Below, one piece after another: positions 63,979 through 64,000 of a DNA stretch of 64,000 nucleotides (within the stretch, counting starts at the first letter, position 1; every line of letters starts with the position of its first letter). Both the position numbers and the translations under genes were made by a program. This stretch comes from Malacoraja senta (Eukaryota): positions 23,562,001-23,626,000 of the forward strand of contig CM075989.1 in assembly GCA_038087875.1 (NCBI GenBank), in the 5' to 3' direction. The notes beneath the pieces are model-generated. The model made no database searches. It had not been told where the DNA came from and saw only the letters and a list, made by a program, of their open reading frames with translations.

Positions 63979-64000
63979 ACACATAACCCCCAAGGCACAG

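Noticed and set aside
55140..64000. BNC1 3' exon expected from human synteny
   Set aside because: No basonuclin zinc-finger peptide (e.g. SRNRHSQNPNLH) found in the ORF track or by eye

Overview
Eukaryotic, repeat-rich vertebrate DNA. The repeat families (HE1/V-SINE-like tRNA SINEs, CR1/HER1 LINE tails, Penelope-like fragments, Deu-domain SINEs) point to a cartilaginous fish, probably a skate or ray (inference). The only host gene element I can support is coding exon 1 of an HDGF-family PWWP gene, most likely HDGFL3/HDGFRP3 (minus strand, 16427-16510). It sits in a CpG island followed by a long CT-rich tract. Positions 1-16426 are therefore its intron 1 (no exon 2 found) and ~17000-64000 is upstream intergenic DNA with a 200-N gap. 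Nearly all long ORFs are retroelement relics (CR1, Rex1/Babar, L2, RTE, Penelope GIY-YIG) or low-complexity artefacts. The most interesting signals are: (i) many copies of a minimal hammerhead-ribozyme motif in Penelope-like 3' ends, one of them sense to the HDGFL3 pre-mRNA; (ii) a dispersed 66-bp tandem unit that keeps only the substrate half of that hammerhead; (iii) an apparent template-switch palindrome that killed a Rex1 RT ORF; and (iv) G-quadruplex and tandem-donor motifs around exon 1. I do not see a convincing wholly new protein-coding system. Repeat family names come from recalled consensus features rather than a database search, and most repeat boundaries are approximate.
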